From Candidatus Binatia bacterium (GTDB lineage Bacteria; Desulfobacterota; Binatia; Bin18): DNA of 64,000 bases. Positions 28,089 through 37,557 of this stretch are shown one piece after another. The stretch's first letter is position 1. Every line of letters starts with the position of its first letter. The notes beneath the pieces were generated by a model. It was not told where the DNA came from, did not search any database, and saw only the letters and a program-made list of their open reading frames with translations. The position numbers were made by a program, and so were the translations under genes. The DNA lies in NCBI GenBank assembly GCA_963667495.1, contig OY763426.1, forward strand, positions 1,347,615 to 1,411,614, in the 5' to 3' direction.

Positions 28089-28289
28089 ACCGCCCTATGA
28101 CTTCGTCTCCCTTCTCGAATCGGGAAAGATATGCCCGCAGAAAACAGTCAGTAGGCCGGATGAGCGGAGGGGGGTCCGACCTACAGGACTTTACGGGATG
28201 CCCCCTGCGGAATTTGTTGTTGGCCAATTTGAAACTGCCAGAATGATGCCAAAGGGATTGGCTATCTGACATGCATACAACTGAAGCGC

Positions 28290-29300
28290 ATGATGAATTT
28301 CAAATCTGATCTGGAACAAATCATTAAGGAGCAGTTCGATATCAACGACATCTCCTATGAAGCCAACATGGATGTCGGTCGTCTTGCAGCACGTTATTTC
28401 GAAATGCTCAACAGGTTGATCGTTCCAAGTCCTCGCAATGTTGTTTTTTCTGAAGAAATACACGATTCGTTAGGTAGGCTCGCGCGCGAAACCGAAGCGG
28501 AGGAACGAGAAAAGGTGCTGGAAGCGTGGCGGGCGATTTTTCTCATTCGTCTTCTTCTTGAGGAGGGCAAGAACGTTAATGGCTTTCTGAGCACGAGAAT
28601 CAAATCCGCGACGGGTGAAAAGAGCAAGGACGGTCTCCTGTGGGACTTCGGTATGCATCACTTTCATTTAAGTACTAAATACGAGTCGTCCGGATTTGTC
28701 GAACGCTCGGGCTATTTGCTGTATGCAGTCATCACGCAGGAAGGCGCGTATTTTGTGGATATCGGACCGCACAGAGATCCTCGGGGTCAAGGTCGCGAAT
28801 GGGTTCGGCAAGACCTCCTCCGTATTGTCCATTCAAATTGGCCGGAGTTGATCGAATCTCACGTACTGCGGGGTCTGACAGGATCTGTACTTACAGACGA
28901 AGAAAAGTGGAACCTTAGAAAGAAGAACGCTAATCACGTTACGGATCTGGGTGGTAAGGCGGTTCTCCCCATCGGCGGTGGAACGACAAGTGATGGCTCA
29001 AGCCTTGCGTGTCGAATGTGGGCATCTAGGCTCCTGCACGAGATAGATCATCAGCAAAGGTATTTTGACGAACACCAAGGAGAAGTACGCTCTCAACTGG
29101 AAGCCTCTGGAACAAAGATAGCCGTTGAGTTGGATTTCCAACTCGTCTTGTTGGACAGTCTGAATCCACCGACGGCCCTTAGTGATTCCTTACGAGAAGA
29201 TCGGTGTCTGAGTAGAGATCTTTGTAGAATGGGTTTTGTAATCGTGGAGACCACCACACGGTGGCCTATAGTACTTTTTGATCGAAGAGTAATCCCGTAG
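28290..29300 (+). CDS. Orphan hypothetical protein in a low-GC island
   Basis: 336 aa with no motif I can assign confidently. A possible Rx6H (RLLHEIDH) motif is present. Its GC is clearly below the genome background. Confidence 0.5.
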   Translation: MMNFKSDLEQIIKEQFDINDISYEANMDVGRLAARYFEMLNRLIVPSPRNVVFSEEIHDSLGRLARETEAEEREKVLEAWRAIFLIRLLLEEGKNVNGFLSTRIKSATGEKSKDGLLWDFGMHHFHLSTKYESSGFVERSGYLLYAVITQEGAYFVDIGPHRDPRGQGREWVRQDLLRIVHSNWPELIESHVLRGLTGSVLTDEEKWNLRKKNANHVTDLGGKAVLPIGGGTTSDGSSLACRMWASRLLHEIDHQQRYFDEHQGEVRSQLEASGTKIAVELDFQLVLLDSLNPPTALSDSLREDRCLSRDLCRMGFVIVETTTRWPIVLFDRRVIP

Positions 29301-29441
29301 GCCGGATTAGCGGAGCGGAATCTGACAACTGCTGGTCGATAGCCGTCCAGCTCCCAGGCGGGCTCCTCACGCATAGACGCGACTAAAGCGTTTCCCGTAT
29401 GCTGGGCCCCTGTCAATACACCTGGAAGGAGGACCTCCCTC

Positions 29442-30047
29442 ATGCATCTCTACGATTTTCCACAGTCGCCCAACTGTCGCCGGGTGCGGATGTATCTGGC
29501 TGAAAAAGGGATAACGCTCACTCTCAAGCCGCTCGACTTGTTGAGCGGAGAACAAAAAACGCCGGCCTATCTCCACAAAAATCCCTTTGGCGCAGTCCCG
29601 CTGCTCGAACTCGACGACGGCTCGGTCATTGCGGAATCGCTGGCTATTATCGAGTATCTGGAAGAGCTGCATCCCGACCCGCCGCTGTTTGGCACAACGC
29701 CATTTGAACGCGCCCAGGTGCGGGTGTGGGAGCGCCGGGCGGAGTTTGGCGTCTTGCTCCAGGGGACCCGCCGCTTCTTGCATACCAGCCCGTATTTTGC
29801 CGAGCGGATCGAACAAAGCCCGAAAGTGGTCGAGGAAGCCGGTCAGGTGCTCAGCGAACGGCTCTCCCTCTTCAATACGCATCTGCAAGACAACGAGTGG
29901 CTGGCCGGTGCCTACTCGGTGGCCGACATCTCGCTGTTTGTTGCCATTGAATTTGCTGCCATGTCGAATTTTCAACTCGATCCGGCCTGGGAGTACGTAC
30001 AGCGCTGGTACTCGGCCATACGGCAACGTCCAAGCGTGGAGGCGTGA
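29442..30047 (+). CDS. Glutathione S-transferase
   Basis: MHLYDFPQSPNCRRVRMYLAEKGI...VPLLELDDGSVIAESLAIIEYLEE is a classic GST N-terminal domain. Confidence 0.85.
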   Translation: MHLYDFPQSPNCRRVRMYLAEKGITLTLKPLDLLSGEQKTPAYLHKNPFGAVPLLELDDGSVIAESLAIIEYLEELHPDPPLFGTTPFERAQVRVWERRAEFGVLLQGTRRFLHTSPYFAERIEQSPKVVEEAGQVLSERLSLFNTHLQDNEWLAGAYSVADISLFVAIEFAAMSNFQLDPAWEYVQRWYSAIRQRPSVEA

Positions 30048-30182
30048 TACGTTTTCTCACGTATGCCGAAAATGAGATTGCCCGGCGGCTGACCCGCGGT
30101 TTTGCCCTCACCCCCAGAGCTTGTCGAAAGGCCGGGTGAGGGGTACAAGGACTGCCGATACTGCGTGAGTAAGGAGAGAAAT

Positions 30183-31151
30183 ATGAAAGCCGTTGTTTTC
30201 GACCAGCTCGGTGGGCCGGAGGTTTTACAACTCGGGGATGCACCCGACCCGGAGGTGCGGCGGGGCAAGGTGTTGATCAAGAATCATGCGGTGGGCATCA
30301 ACTTCGCGGACACCCTCTTCCGCCAGGGCCAGTATGCCATGCAGCCCAAGCTGCCGGACATCCCAGGGCTTGAAGCAGCCGGAGTGGTTGAAGCGGTTGG
30401 TGACGGCGTCGAAGGGATCAAACCGGGCGACCGGGTGACGTCGATCGGCATGAAGACGTATGCCGAGTACTCGCTCGCATCAGCCGGCCAGGTCATGGCC
30501 CTGCCCGACTCGGTCAGTTTTGAGCAGGGAGCGGCCTTTCCGATTCAGGTGCTGACCGCCTACCATATGCTCTTTACCTCCCATAATCTGACCGCCGACC
30601 AGTCCGTCATCGTCCATTCTGCGGCCGGCGGTGTTGGCCTCGCCGCGGTGCAGATTGCCAAAGCGGCCGGGGCGCGGGTAATCGGCACGGTCTCGACCGA
30701 TGAGAAAGCAACCCTGGCCAAAGAGTACGGCGCGGACGAAGTTATCAATTATGCCACTCAGGACTTCGCCGAGGAGACGCTCAAACTGACCGACGGCAAA
30801 GGCGTAGACCTGATTCTCGACGCCGTGGGCAAACCAACCCTGGAGAAGGGCCTGAGCTGTCTGGCGCCGTTCGGTCATCTGATCCTCTACGGTCGGTCCG
30901 GCGGTGTGCCTGACCCGCTCAATCTGTTTGGGCTGTTCCAGAAATCCATCAAGGTCAGCGGCTTTATTCTCTATACGGTCTCGGCCATGCCGGAGGTTCA
31001 TCACACAGGTATTCGGCAGTCTCTGCAACTTATGGACGAAGGCAAGCTCAAACTGCTGATCGGCAAGTCCTTTCCCCTGGCTGAAGCGGCCGAGGCTCAT
31101 CGCCACATGGAATCGCGTCAGTCGGTTGGGAAACTCGTCTTGATTCCGTAG
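30183..31151 (+). CDS. NADPH:quinone oxidoreductase / zinc-type MDR family
   Basis: MKAVVFDQLGGPEVLQ...GINFADTLFRQGQY...AAGGVGLAAVQIAKAAGARVIG is the MDR family signature. A strong AAGGAGAG RBS lies upstream. Confidence 0.85.
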   Translation: MKAVVFDQLGGPEVLQLGDAPDPEVRRGKVLIKNHAVGINFADTLFRQGQYAMQPKLPDIPGLEAAGVVEAVGDGVEGIKPGDRVTSIGMKTYAEYSLASAGQVMALPDSVSFEQGAAFPIQVLTAYHMLFTSHNLTADQSVIVHSAAGGVGLAAVQIAKAAGARVIGTVSTDEKATLAKEYGADEVINYATQDFAEETLKLTDGKGVDLILDAVGKPTLEKGLSCLAPFGHLILYGRSGGVPDPLNLFGLFQKSIKVSGFILYTVSAMPEVHHTGIRQSLQLMDEGKLKLLIGKSFPLAEAAEAHRHMESRQSVGKLVLIP

Positions 31152-31188
31152 GCCGTGCGATAGCGAGACAAAGCAAGGAGGCTCCGCC

Positions 31189-32508
31189 ATGACTTGGCAA
31201 GCACAGTGGAGCGACAAACTGGTGGGCGCAGACGCCGCGCTCGGCCGTATCACACCGACCGACCATGTTTTTACCGCCGGCCTGACCGGGACGCCGTTCA
31301 CGCTATGTCGGGCGCTGGTCGAAAACCGGGAACGTTTGCGAGGTCTGCGCCTCAATACGCTGGTGTCCCTGTTTGACTGGAACGTGCCCGGCCTCGATGA
31401 ATACTTTCATTTCGAGTCGTGGTATCTGAGTCGGCGCGAACGACCCCTGCTCCACCAGGGCAAGCTCGACTACGTGCCGGTCTCCTATTTTCGGGCGGAG
31501 GCCCTCCCCTACGGTATTGACGACCTGGACGTGTATCTGGTGGCGGTGTCGCCGCCCGACCGACACGGCAACTGTAGTTTTGGCACGAGTGTGGGCATGT
31601 CGCCGCTGATGACCCAGCAGGCCGCGCGAGTCATTGCCGAGGTTGATCCGAGTTTCATCCGAACCGGCGGGACGAACACGATTCATGTCTCAGAAATTGA
31701 CTGCCTGGTCGAGCGCCAGAGTCCGCCGGCCACGCTGATCACGCCTGAGACCTTTACTCAGGAAAAGCAGGATATGATCGACACCATCTGTATGCAGATC
31801 GCCAACGATTTGCTGGAAGACGGAGACACGATTCAGATTGGAGCGGGGGATATGACCAGCCCGCTGCTCGGCTATGTCTATGGCCGACGTGATCTCGGTA
31901 TGCAGACCGAGATTATTCCGCCGGGGGTTGTGGCCCTGGTGCGGGAAGGGATCATGACCGGAACAAACAAGGCCATTCATCCGGGCAAAGTCGTGGGTAC
32001 CGCCTTCCATCCCCAGTTGAACGCCGAAGAGTTGGATTTTATTGACCAGAACCCGGTCTTTGAGCTGTACGATTTCAACTATACCGACGACATTCGCCTG
32101 CTGAGCAAAGACCCACGCTTTACGGCCATCAATAACGCCTTGAGCGTTGACCTCACCGGACAGGTCGCGTCCGAATCCATCGGCTGGCAGATGTTCACCG
32201 GTACGGGCGGCCAGACGGCGTTCTCCATTGCGGCCTGTCTGGCCGGCGGAAAATCCATTATTGCGGTGCCGTCAAGTTCGTTCCTCGACGGCTCACGGAT
32301 TTCCCGTATCGTGCCCACCCTGGCCTCTGGGACCGTGGTCACGACCCCGCGGGCTTTTGTTGACTATCTGGTCACGGAATACGGAATCGCCACGCTGCGC
32401 GGCAAAAGTCTCCGCCAACGCGCCCAGGCCCTGACCAGCGTGGCCCATCCGGACTTTCGGGCCGGGTTGCAGGAAGAGGCGGAACGGATGTTTTACGGAA
32501 AAGAGTAA
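31189..32508 (+). CDS. Acetyl-CoA hydrolase/transferase family (4-hydroxybutyrate CoA-transferase-like)
   Basis: 439 aa with the family's characteristic architecture. It is a paralog of the gene at 57865..59109. Confidence 0.75.
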   Translation: MTWQAQWSDKLVGADAALGRITPTDHVFTAGLTGTPFTLCRALVENRERLRGLRLNTLVSLFDWNVPGLDEYFHFESWYLSRRERPLLHQGKLDYVPVSYFRAEALPYGIDDLDVYLVAVSPPDRHGNCSFGTSVGMSPLMTQQAARVIAEVDPSFIRTGGTNTIHVSEIDCLVERQSPPATLITPETFTQEKQDMIDTICMQIANDLLEDGDTIQIGAGDMTSPLLGYVYGRRDLGMQTEIIPPGVVALVREGIMTGTNKAIHPGKVVGTAFHPQLNAEELDFIDQNPVFELYDFNYTDDIRLLSKDPRFTAINNALSVDLTGQVASESIGWQMFTGTGGQTAFSIAACLAGGKSIIAVPSSSFLDGSRISRIVPTLASGTVVTTPRAFVDYLVTEYGIATLRGKSLRQRAQALTSVAHPDFRAGLQEEAERMFYGKE

Positions 32509-32645
32509 ACGCGCCCTCCAACAAATCTACAAAGCTGGGTACGTTTACTCTTTCAGGCCTGAGCCTGCGACCTTCGTCCCTCATTGACCCAGCGCGCGCA
32601 AGCTGTCATGAAAAGGGCTTATATATTCACCCTAAGGAGGACGCA

Positions 32646-33488
32646 GTGAAAATTGGTATTACGATGTTTGCAACGGATTATGCCATCCGGCCCGACACCC
32701 TGGCCAAAGAGTGCGAGGACCGGGGCTTCGAGTCTATCTGGTTTCCCGAACACACCCACATCCCGGCCAGCCGCAAGAGCCCGTTTCCGGGCGGCGGGGA
32801 GTTGCCCAAGGAATACTGGCACACCCATGATTTGTTTGTGACCCTGGGTGTGGCCGCGGCTGTGACCAGTACGATCAAAATCGGCAGTGGCATCTGCTTG
32901 GTGATCGAGCGCGACCCGATTACCATGGCCAACGAAGTGGCCACCGTGGACCAACTCTCCAACGGGCGCTTGCTGTTCGGCATCGGCGGCGGCTGGAACT
33001 CTGAGGAAATGGAAAACCACGGCACGCCGTTTAATCGCCGTTGGAAGGTCTGCCGCGAGCGGATCGAAGCCATGAAAGAAATCTGGACCAACGAAGAGGC
33101 CGAGTATCACGGTGAGTTTGTGGACTTCGATCCGATCTGGTCCCACCCCAAGCCGGTTCAGAAGCCCCACCCGCCGATTCTGATGGGAACCTTCAACGGC
33201 GGCCTGAAACGGGTCGTCAACTACTGTGACGGCTGGATTCCGGTCGGCTTCGACACCACGACGCTGCCCGAGTCGATAAAAGAGCTGCACGCCCTGGCCG
33301 AGCAGGCTGGCCGCCCGGTCGACGAAGTGCCGGTCTCGATTTTTGGCTCTTCCGATAAGGAAGAAGCCCTGGCCAGCCACCAAGAGTTGGGCGTTGAGCG
33401 GGCGGTGCTGTTTCTCCCCTCGGCCGGTGCCGATACCGTGCTCCCGCTGCTGGATAAATATCAACCCTATATCGCAAAGTTCGCGTAA
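32646..33488 (+). CDS. LLM-class (luciferase-like) flavin/F420-dependent oxidoreductase
   Basis: MKIGITMFATDYAIRPDTLAKECEDRGFESIWFPEHTHIP...LFGIGGGWN is typical of the TIM-barrel LLM family. Confidence 0.8.
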   Translation: MKIGITMFATDYAIRPDTLAKECEDRGFESIWFPEHTHIPASRKSPFPGGGELPKEYWHTHDLFVTLGVAAAVTSTIKIGSGICLVIERDPITMANEVATVDQLSNGRLLFGIGGGWNSEEMENHGTPFNRRWKVCRERIEAMKEIWTNEEAEYHGEFVDFDPIWSHPKPVQKPHPPILMGTFNGGLKRVVNYCDGWIPVGFDTTTLPESIKELHALAEQAGRPVDEVPVSIFGSSDKEEALASHQELGVERAVLFLPSAGADTVLPLLDKYQPYIAKFA

Positions 33489-33767
33489 GACATTCAGGGG
33501 CGCACGGCCGTGCGCCCCCCGTCGCTCCCAATTGCGGACCCATGCGCCGGCGTGTCTCTTGACATCGCTCTGGCACGAGAGGAAAGTAGATACGCCAACC
33601 CTGGGCGATGCACGCTTATCCTCTTCCTCCTCTCACTAAGCATCTATCCTCCATCGTTGACCGGTTTCTGACACCTCAACCGTGCGGAGGTGTCGCTTAC
33701 CCGGACGCTTGCCGGTCGAGCCGTGAGAAGACCCGGCAGTGCGAGGCGCTCGGAGGAGGATACACAG

Positions 33768-33875
33768 ATGTTCGGCGTACCGCTGGAGGCCATTGGCATA
33801 GTAGGCTTTATTCTGATTGCAGCCTTTGCGATGTATCGTGCGGATCAAAAGCGAAAAAACGAGTCAAGTGACTGA
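33768..33875 (+). CDS. Small hydrophobic peptide (35 aa, single TM helix)
   Basis: MFGVPLEAIGIVGFILIAAFAMYRADQKRKNESSD. A strong RBS, GGAGGAGG, lies 7 nt upstream. A pyrimidine-rich leader of about 200 nt precedes it. Confidence 0.4.
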   Translation: MFGVPLEAIGIVGFILIAAFAMYRADQKRKNESSD

Positions 33876-34035
33876 GTTGATCCGTCTTCACGGGCAGGTC
33901 TGCGCGGGGTTGTTAGCAGTATCTTAGCAGCCCTGCAAGTCAGGCCCAAAGTCCAGGCGGGCGCAACGCAGGAGAACTCGACTGCTTCCGAGTCATGAAC
34001 GAGGACGGGTTTGAGGACTCCTGGTAGGTGTCCGC

Positions 34036-34410
34036 CTATCTCTTCTCTAGTCGGGCGTCCCAGGCAGGCGCTTTCCAATTCCTGGGACCATGCCAGCGAT
34101 ACCGCTCCAGATCAACCTTCCCATTACGGTCGAACGCGACCCCCTCTTCCTCCAGCAGCCAGCGCTGCTCCTCGGCGCGCAGAACGTCACCCCGAAGACT
34201 GATGCCGCCCGAGGCGTTAATCACCCGCTGCCACGGGACTTTTTTTGTCAAAGGGAGCGGCATGTGGCGGAGCGCAGTGCCGACCGCCCGCGCGGCCCGG
34301 GGTGCGCCAAGCAGGGCGGCCACCTGCCCATAGGTCACGACTTTTCCGCGTGGAACCCGCGCGACCAGGCGATAGACATGGGTAAAAAAACGCGGCGAAC
34401 GGTTTGCCAT
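34036..34410 (-). CDS. Alkyltransferase-like protein (ATL; MGMT DNA-binding domain lacking the acceptor Cys)
   Basis: GKVVTYGQVAAL...VPWQRVINASGGIS has Trp in place of the PCHR Cys. This is the hallmark of ATL damage-sensor proteins. Confidence 0.75.
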   Translation of the reverse strand: MANRSPRFFTHVYRLVARVPRGKVVTYGQVAALLGAPRAARAVGTALRHMPLPLTKKVPWQRVINASGGISLRGDVLRAEEQRWLLEEEGVAFDRNGKVDLERYRWHGPRNWKAPAWDARLEKR

Positions 34411-34416
34411 TCTCTC

Positions 34417-34836
34417 TTACGAAGCCAGCACCCCAAGTTGCTTGAATAGCCCGAACACGTCCCACGAGAGCCAGACTTCTTCAATCTTTTCGTCCGCTAT
34501 GCGATACATCGCTACGCCCGCAACCACAACTTCCTTGCCCGTTGGCGCAACACCCATGAAATTGCCGTCGTGCGTGCCGTGGAAGGTCCAACGGGCGACC
34601 ACTTTTTCTCCGCGCGAGACAAAATCCTCTATCGTGAAATGGACGTTCGGAAATCCCCGGCGTACCGAAGCGACGATCTGTTTGACATCGTCCGGCCCGC
34701 CGCCAAGATCATAGCCGGCTGGATAGTGGCTGACATAGGTCGGAGAGATGAGTTCATCGACGCTCTCCATTTTGCCCTGATTGAGACAGTCTTCAAAATA
34801 GCGACGGACGATGGCTTCGTTTTTTGCAATAGACAT
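34417..34836 (-). CDS. SnoaL-like ester cyclase / NTF2-fold protein
   Basis: MSIAKNEAIVRRYFEDCLNQGKMESVDELISPTYVSHYP is the ester-cyclase family N-terminus. Confidence 0.7.
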   Translation of the reverse strand: MSIAKNEAIVRRYFEDCLNQGKMESVDELISPTYVSHYPAGYDLGGGPDDVKQIVASVRRGFPNVHFTIEDFVSRGEKVVARWTFHGTHDGNFMGVAPTGKEVVVAGVAMYRIADEKIEEVWLSWDVFGLFKQLGVLAS

Positions 34837-34883
34837 GAGTAGGCTTCCGATTACGTTTGAAATTTTCCCTGTAGATATAGCTC

Positions 34884-35735
34884 TTATACATCCTGCGCTT
34901 CGGGTGGAAGGGACGGTGCGTCCTGCCGTTTACGGCGCTCGGTCCGCTGAACGCCGGGCACCAGCTTGGACACGGTTGTTGCGCCCTGCCAGTCGCCCTG
35001 GACGTCTGCGGCAATAACGGTGACCCGGACCATTTCACTCACGCCTTGGGGATTCGGGAGGAGATTTGCCTCCAATCGCCCGTCCTCGGGCAGCCGGGCC
35101 TCGACATCCGGCGGGGGGAGCACGCCGGGGTCTTCGGGATAGTTGCCAATGGCCACGCGATACTGGGTCTGGGGCTGCTGTTGCACGACGACGGACACCG
35201 GATAGTCCAGGCCGGTCGGCAGTCGGTCCGGCACCTCAATCGTCACATTCGGCGCCTCCTCACCAAACCGCCCCTCTCGGTAGGTGGCCAGGCGTTTGTC
35301 AGTGTAGATCTGCCACCGCTCTGCGTCCTTCCGCAAAAGATGAGACAGAACGTCGGTAATGACCACCTCGCCCGCGCCGATATTGCGGAAGCGGTCAGTA
35401 TAGCGAAGGCGCATAGAGGTCGTGATGGCTGCGCGCGTGTCGTCCACATCTGTCACATCGACCTTATCCACACGTAGCGACACCTTGCTCTCCCGTAGCC
35501 GTGTGAGCACCTCCCCTACGCCACGCTTTGACCGGCCGGTGCCGCTGATGAAATCATCCGCATAGACGGCAAGCACCTGCTCCGGGTCAAAGGCTTCCAA
35601 CCCATGAGTGAGTTGCTCAAGAGTCTGCCGCAGGTCAGGTGGAACCGATGGATCAGCGGAGCTGTGCGGACGTTCACAGGCACTACCCACGCACAGGGCC
35701 AGTACCACCACGGGGACGAGACGCAACGCGTTCAT
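34884..35735 (-). CDS. Hypothetical secreted/lipoprotein
   Basis: It has a signal peptide with a Cys (MNALRLVPVVVLALCVGSAC). No family was recognised. Confidence 0.5.
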   Translation of the reverse strand: MNALRLVPVVVLALCVGSACERPHSSADPSVPPDLRQTLEQLTHGLEAFDPEQVLAVYADDFISGTGRSKRGVGEVLTRLRESKVSLRVDKVDVTDVDDTRAAITTSMRLRYTDRFRNIGAGEVVITDVLSHLLRKDAERWQIYTDKRLATYREGRFGEEAPNVTIEVPDRLPTGLDYPVSVVVQQQPQTQYRVAIGNYPEDPGVLPPPDVEARLPEDGRLEANLLPNPQGVSEMVRVTVIAADVQGDWQGATTVSKLVPGVQRTERRKRQDAPSLPPEAQDV

Positions 35736-35807
35736 ATGTGAGGCTGTACAGAAAAGTATATCGCTCCACAAGCCTGGAAACGACACCGGCCCACAAAGCT
35801 GCACAAA

Positions 35808-36863
35808 TCAAAACAGGCTGGGCTCCGTCTCCATGTGTAAGGGGCGACGGTCTGGGCGGCAGACGCCACAGGGGGCATAACCAATTGCTTCCGCTCGGGT
35901 CCGTGAGGCAATGAATAGCCGATTCCCCGCCCGGATTCCCTTGGCATCCTCGCAGTGCGGTCGGCAGAATATCCGCTCCGCTTGCCGACCGACATAGAGC
36001 TGATCCTGGGCAATGGCAAAGCCGGAGCGTGATGGAACCGTTGGGATGCCCTCAACCGCCAGAATATCCCGCTTGAGCGCGATTTTATTGCCAGTATAGC
36101 CGGTGAGGCTGCCATTACTGCCGACAATGCGGTGACAGGGAATCCGAATCGGCAGCGGATTGTAACGCAGGGCCTGCGCGACCGCGCGGACGGCCTTGGG
36201 TTGATCGATTCTTTCAGCCAGACCCAAATAGGTCGTCAGGCTGCCATAGGGAATCTCACGTGCCGCCCGTAGGACCTGCCGCTGAAAATCGCTCCGCATG
36301 AGGACATCATCAAGAGCCCAATCAAGCGCTTGGCGCGAGCCGTTCAAGTACGCTTCAAGTTTCCGGGTCAGAGCAGTATGGCCCTCATTTCCTTCAGCCT
36401 GCTCAAAGGAAAACTGAGCAAATTTTTCTCTGAGTCTCCTTGCTCCGCTATCGGGATCGTCGGGAGAAACGAATTCAACTAGCGCCACCCCCCTATCGGT
36501 TGTGCCAATCCGTAGCGGCCCGACAGGAGAATTCCAGATGCTCAGGACAAGGCGCGGACGAGCATCTGCAGTCAAGTGGGTCAACTGTCTATCGAGTGCG
36601 CGTCGAGCTGCGGCGAGGCCGGTCTCCGGGGCGGGCAAGGATCTCAGCTGGAAGTGGACCTGTTTGTACTGTTCCAGGCGCTGAGTGCAGTCCGGACAGG
36701 CGGTCAGATGACTCCGGACTTTCTGCCGGATAAGCTGTGAATTTTCTCCCAGCGCTTCGGCAATAATATCGTCTTCGGCAAATCCACACGCGAGCGTGTT
36801 ACGCTTTTGGGTTGGCATGACATCTCCTTTCTTCTCCTGTCGTGACCCGTTGCCAGTAGGCAC
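35808..36863 (-). CDS. Fusion of an anti-sigma factor (zf-HC2), an O6-alkylguanine-DNA methyltransferase (Ogt/MGMT) and an Ada-type Zn methyl-acceptor domain
   Basis: The N-terminus DIIAEALGENSQLIRQKVRSHLTACPDCTQRLEQY is a zf-HC2 anti-sigma motif. The middle is an MGMT N-domain plus DNA-binding domain with the PCHRIV active site. The C-terminus FCRPHCEDAKGIRAGNRLFIASRTRAEAIGYAPCGVCRP matches the Ada N-terminal Cys4 zinc domain (FCRPSC...N..F..S...A...GFRPCK.C.P). Its start overlaps the 3' end of the ECF sigma gene. Confidence 0.7.
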   Translation of the reverse strand: MPTGNGSRQEKKGDVMPTQKRNTLACGFAEDDIIAEALGENSQLIRQKVRSHLTACPDCTQRLEQYKQVHFQLRSLPAPETGLAAARRALDRQLTHLTADARPRLVLSIWNSPVGPLRIGTTDRGVALVEFVSPDDPDSGARRLREKFAQFSFEQAEGNEGHTALTRKLEAYLNGSRQALDWALDDVLMRSDFQRQVLRAAREIPYGSLTTYLGLAERIDQPKAVRAVAQALRYNPLPIRIPCHRIVGSNGSLTGYTGNKIALKRDILAVEGIPTVPSRSGFAIAQDQLYVGRQAERIFCRPHCEDAKGIRAGNRLFIASRTRAEAIGYAPCGVCRPDRRPLHMETEPSLF

Positions 36864-37359
36864 GCAGCTTCTTCAGGGCTTGATACACATGCGCCCGGGC
36901 ACTGTCTTCGGAGCAGTCCAGGTTTGCGGCAATCTCCCGATAGGCGAGTCCTTCAAGCTGCCGCTGTATCAATGCTGTGCGCTGTCGGAAGGGTAAGGCT
37001 CCAATCGCGTTCAGGAGGAGTTGGGCTATCTCCTGGGAATGAAACGTCTGTTCTGGCGTTGTCGGATGAACCTTTGAGGAAGGTATGGGACCGTCCGCGA
37101 CAAATATTTTTCTATAACGCTGACGGCCACGAATATAATTTTTCACGAGATTTGTGGCAATCCGAAAGAGCCAGGCTCGGCGGTTCGCATCAGTTGGCAG
37201 GTCGGCATAGGCGCGATAGGCTCGAAGGAAGGTCTCCTGAAACAACTCCTGCGCGTCGTCGCTATTGCCCGTACAGCGGATGAGATAGCGATAGACGGAG
37301 CGCTGATGGAGATCGACGATCTCCCCAAACGCGTCCGCCGTTTCGCCTGAAGAAGTCAT
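36799..37359 (-). CDS. ECF (sigma-70 family, group IV) RNA polymerase sigma factor
   Basis: The sigma-2 region VYRYLIRCTGNSDDAQELFQETFLRAY is followed by the sigma-4 region TALIQRQLEGLAYREIAANLDCSEDSARAHVYQALKKLR. It is translationally coupled to the anti-sigma fusion. Confidence 0.85.
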   Translation of the reverse strand: MTSSGETADAFGEIVDLHQRSVYRYLIRCTGNSDDAQELFQETFLRAYRAYADLPTDANRRAWLFRIATNLVKNYIRGRQRYRKIFVADGPIPSSKVHPTTPEQTFHSQEIAQLLLNAIGALPFRQRTALIQRQLEGLAYREIAANLDCSEDSARAHVYQALKKLRAYWQRVTTGEERRCHANPKA

Positions 37360-37557
37360 ACCCAGAACCCTGCTGGCAGGGGGGCGAGCATTCCAAGAAA
37401 GCACGTCAACGAAAACCACACAATGAGCAATGAGCGATAGATAGACATAAAGCGCAACCTCCCTTTCTCTTACGTTCTTTATATAAGACACCGGAGGGTG
37501 CGCTATGTGAAAAGAATTATTGCCTGACAGCGGTTCGGGTCCTATAGTCCGAGTGTC

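Noticed and set aside
33497-33518. GGGGCGCACGGCCGTGCGCCCC hairpin after the LLM oxidoreductase gene as an intrinsic terminator
   Set aside because: It is a perfect GC hairpin, but no U-tract follows on either strand. It is recorded only as a possible structured 3' end and not called as a terminator.
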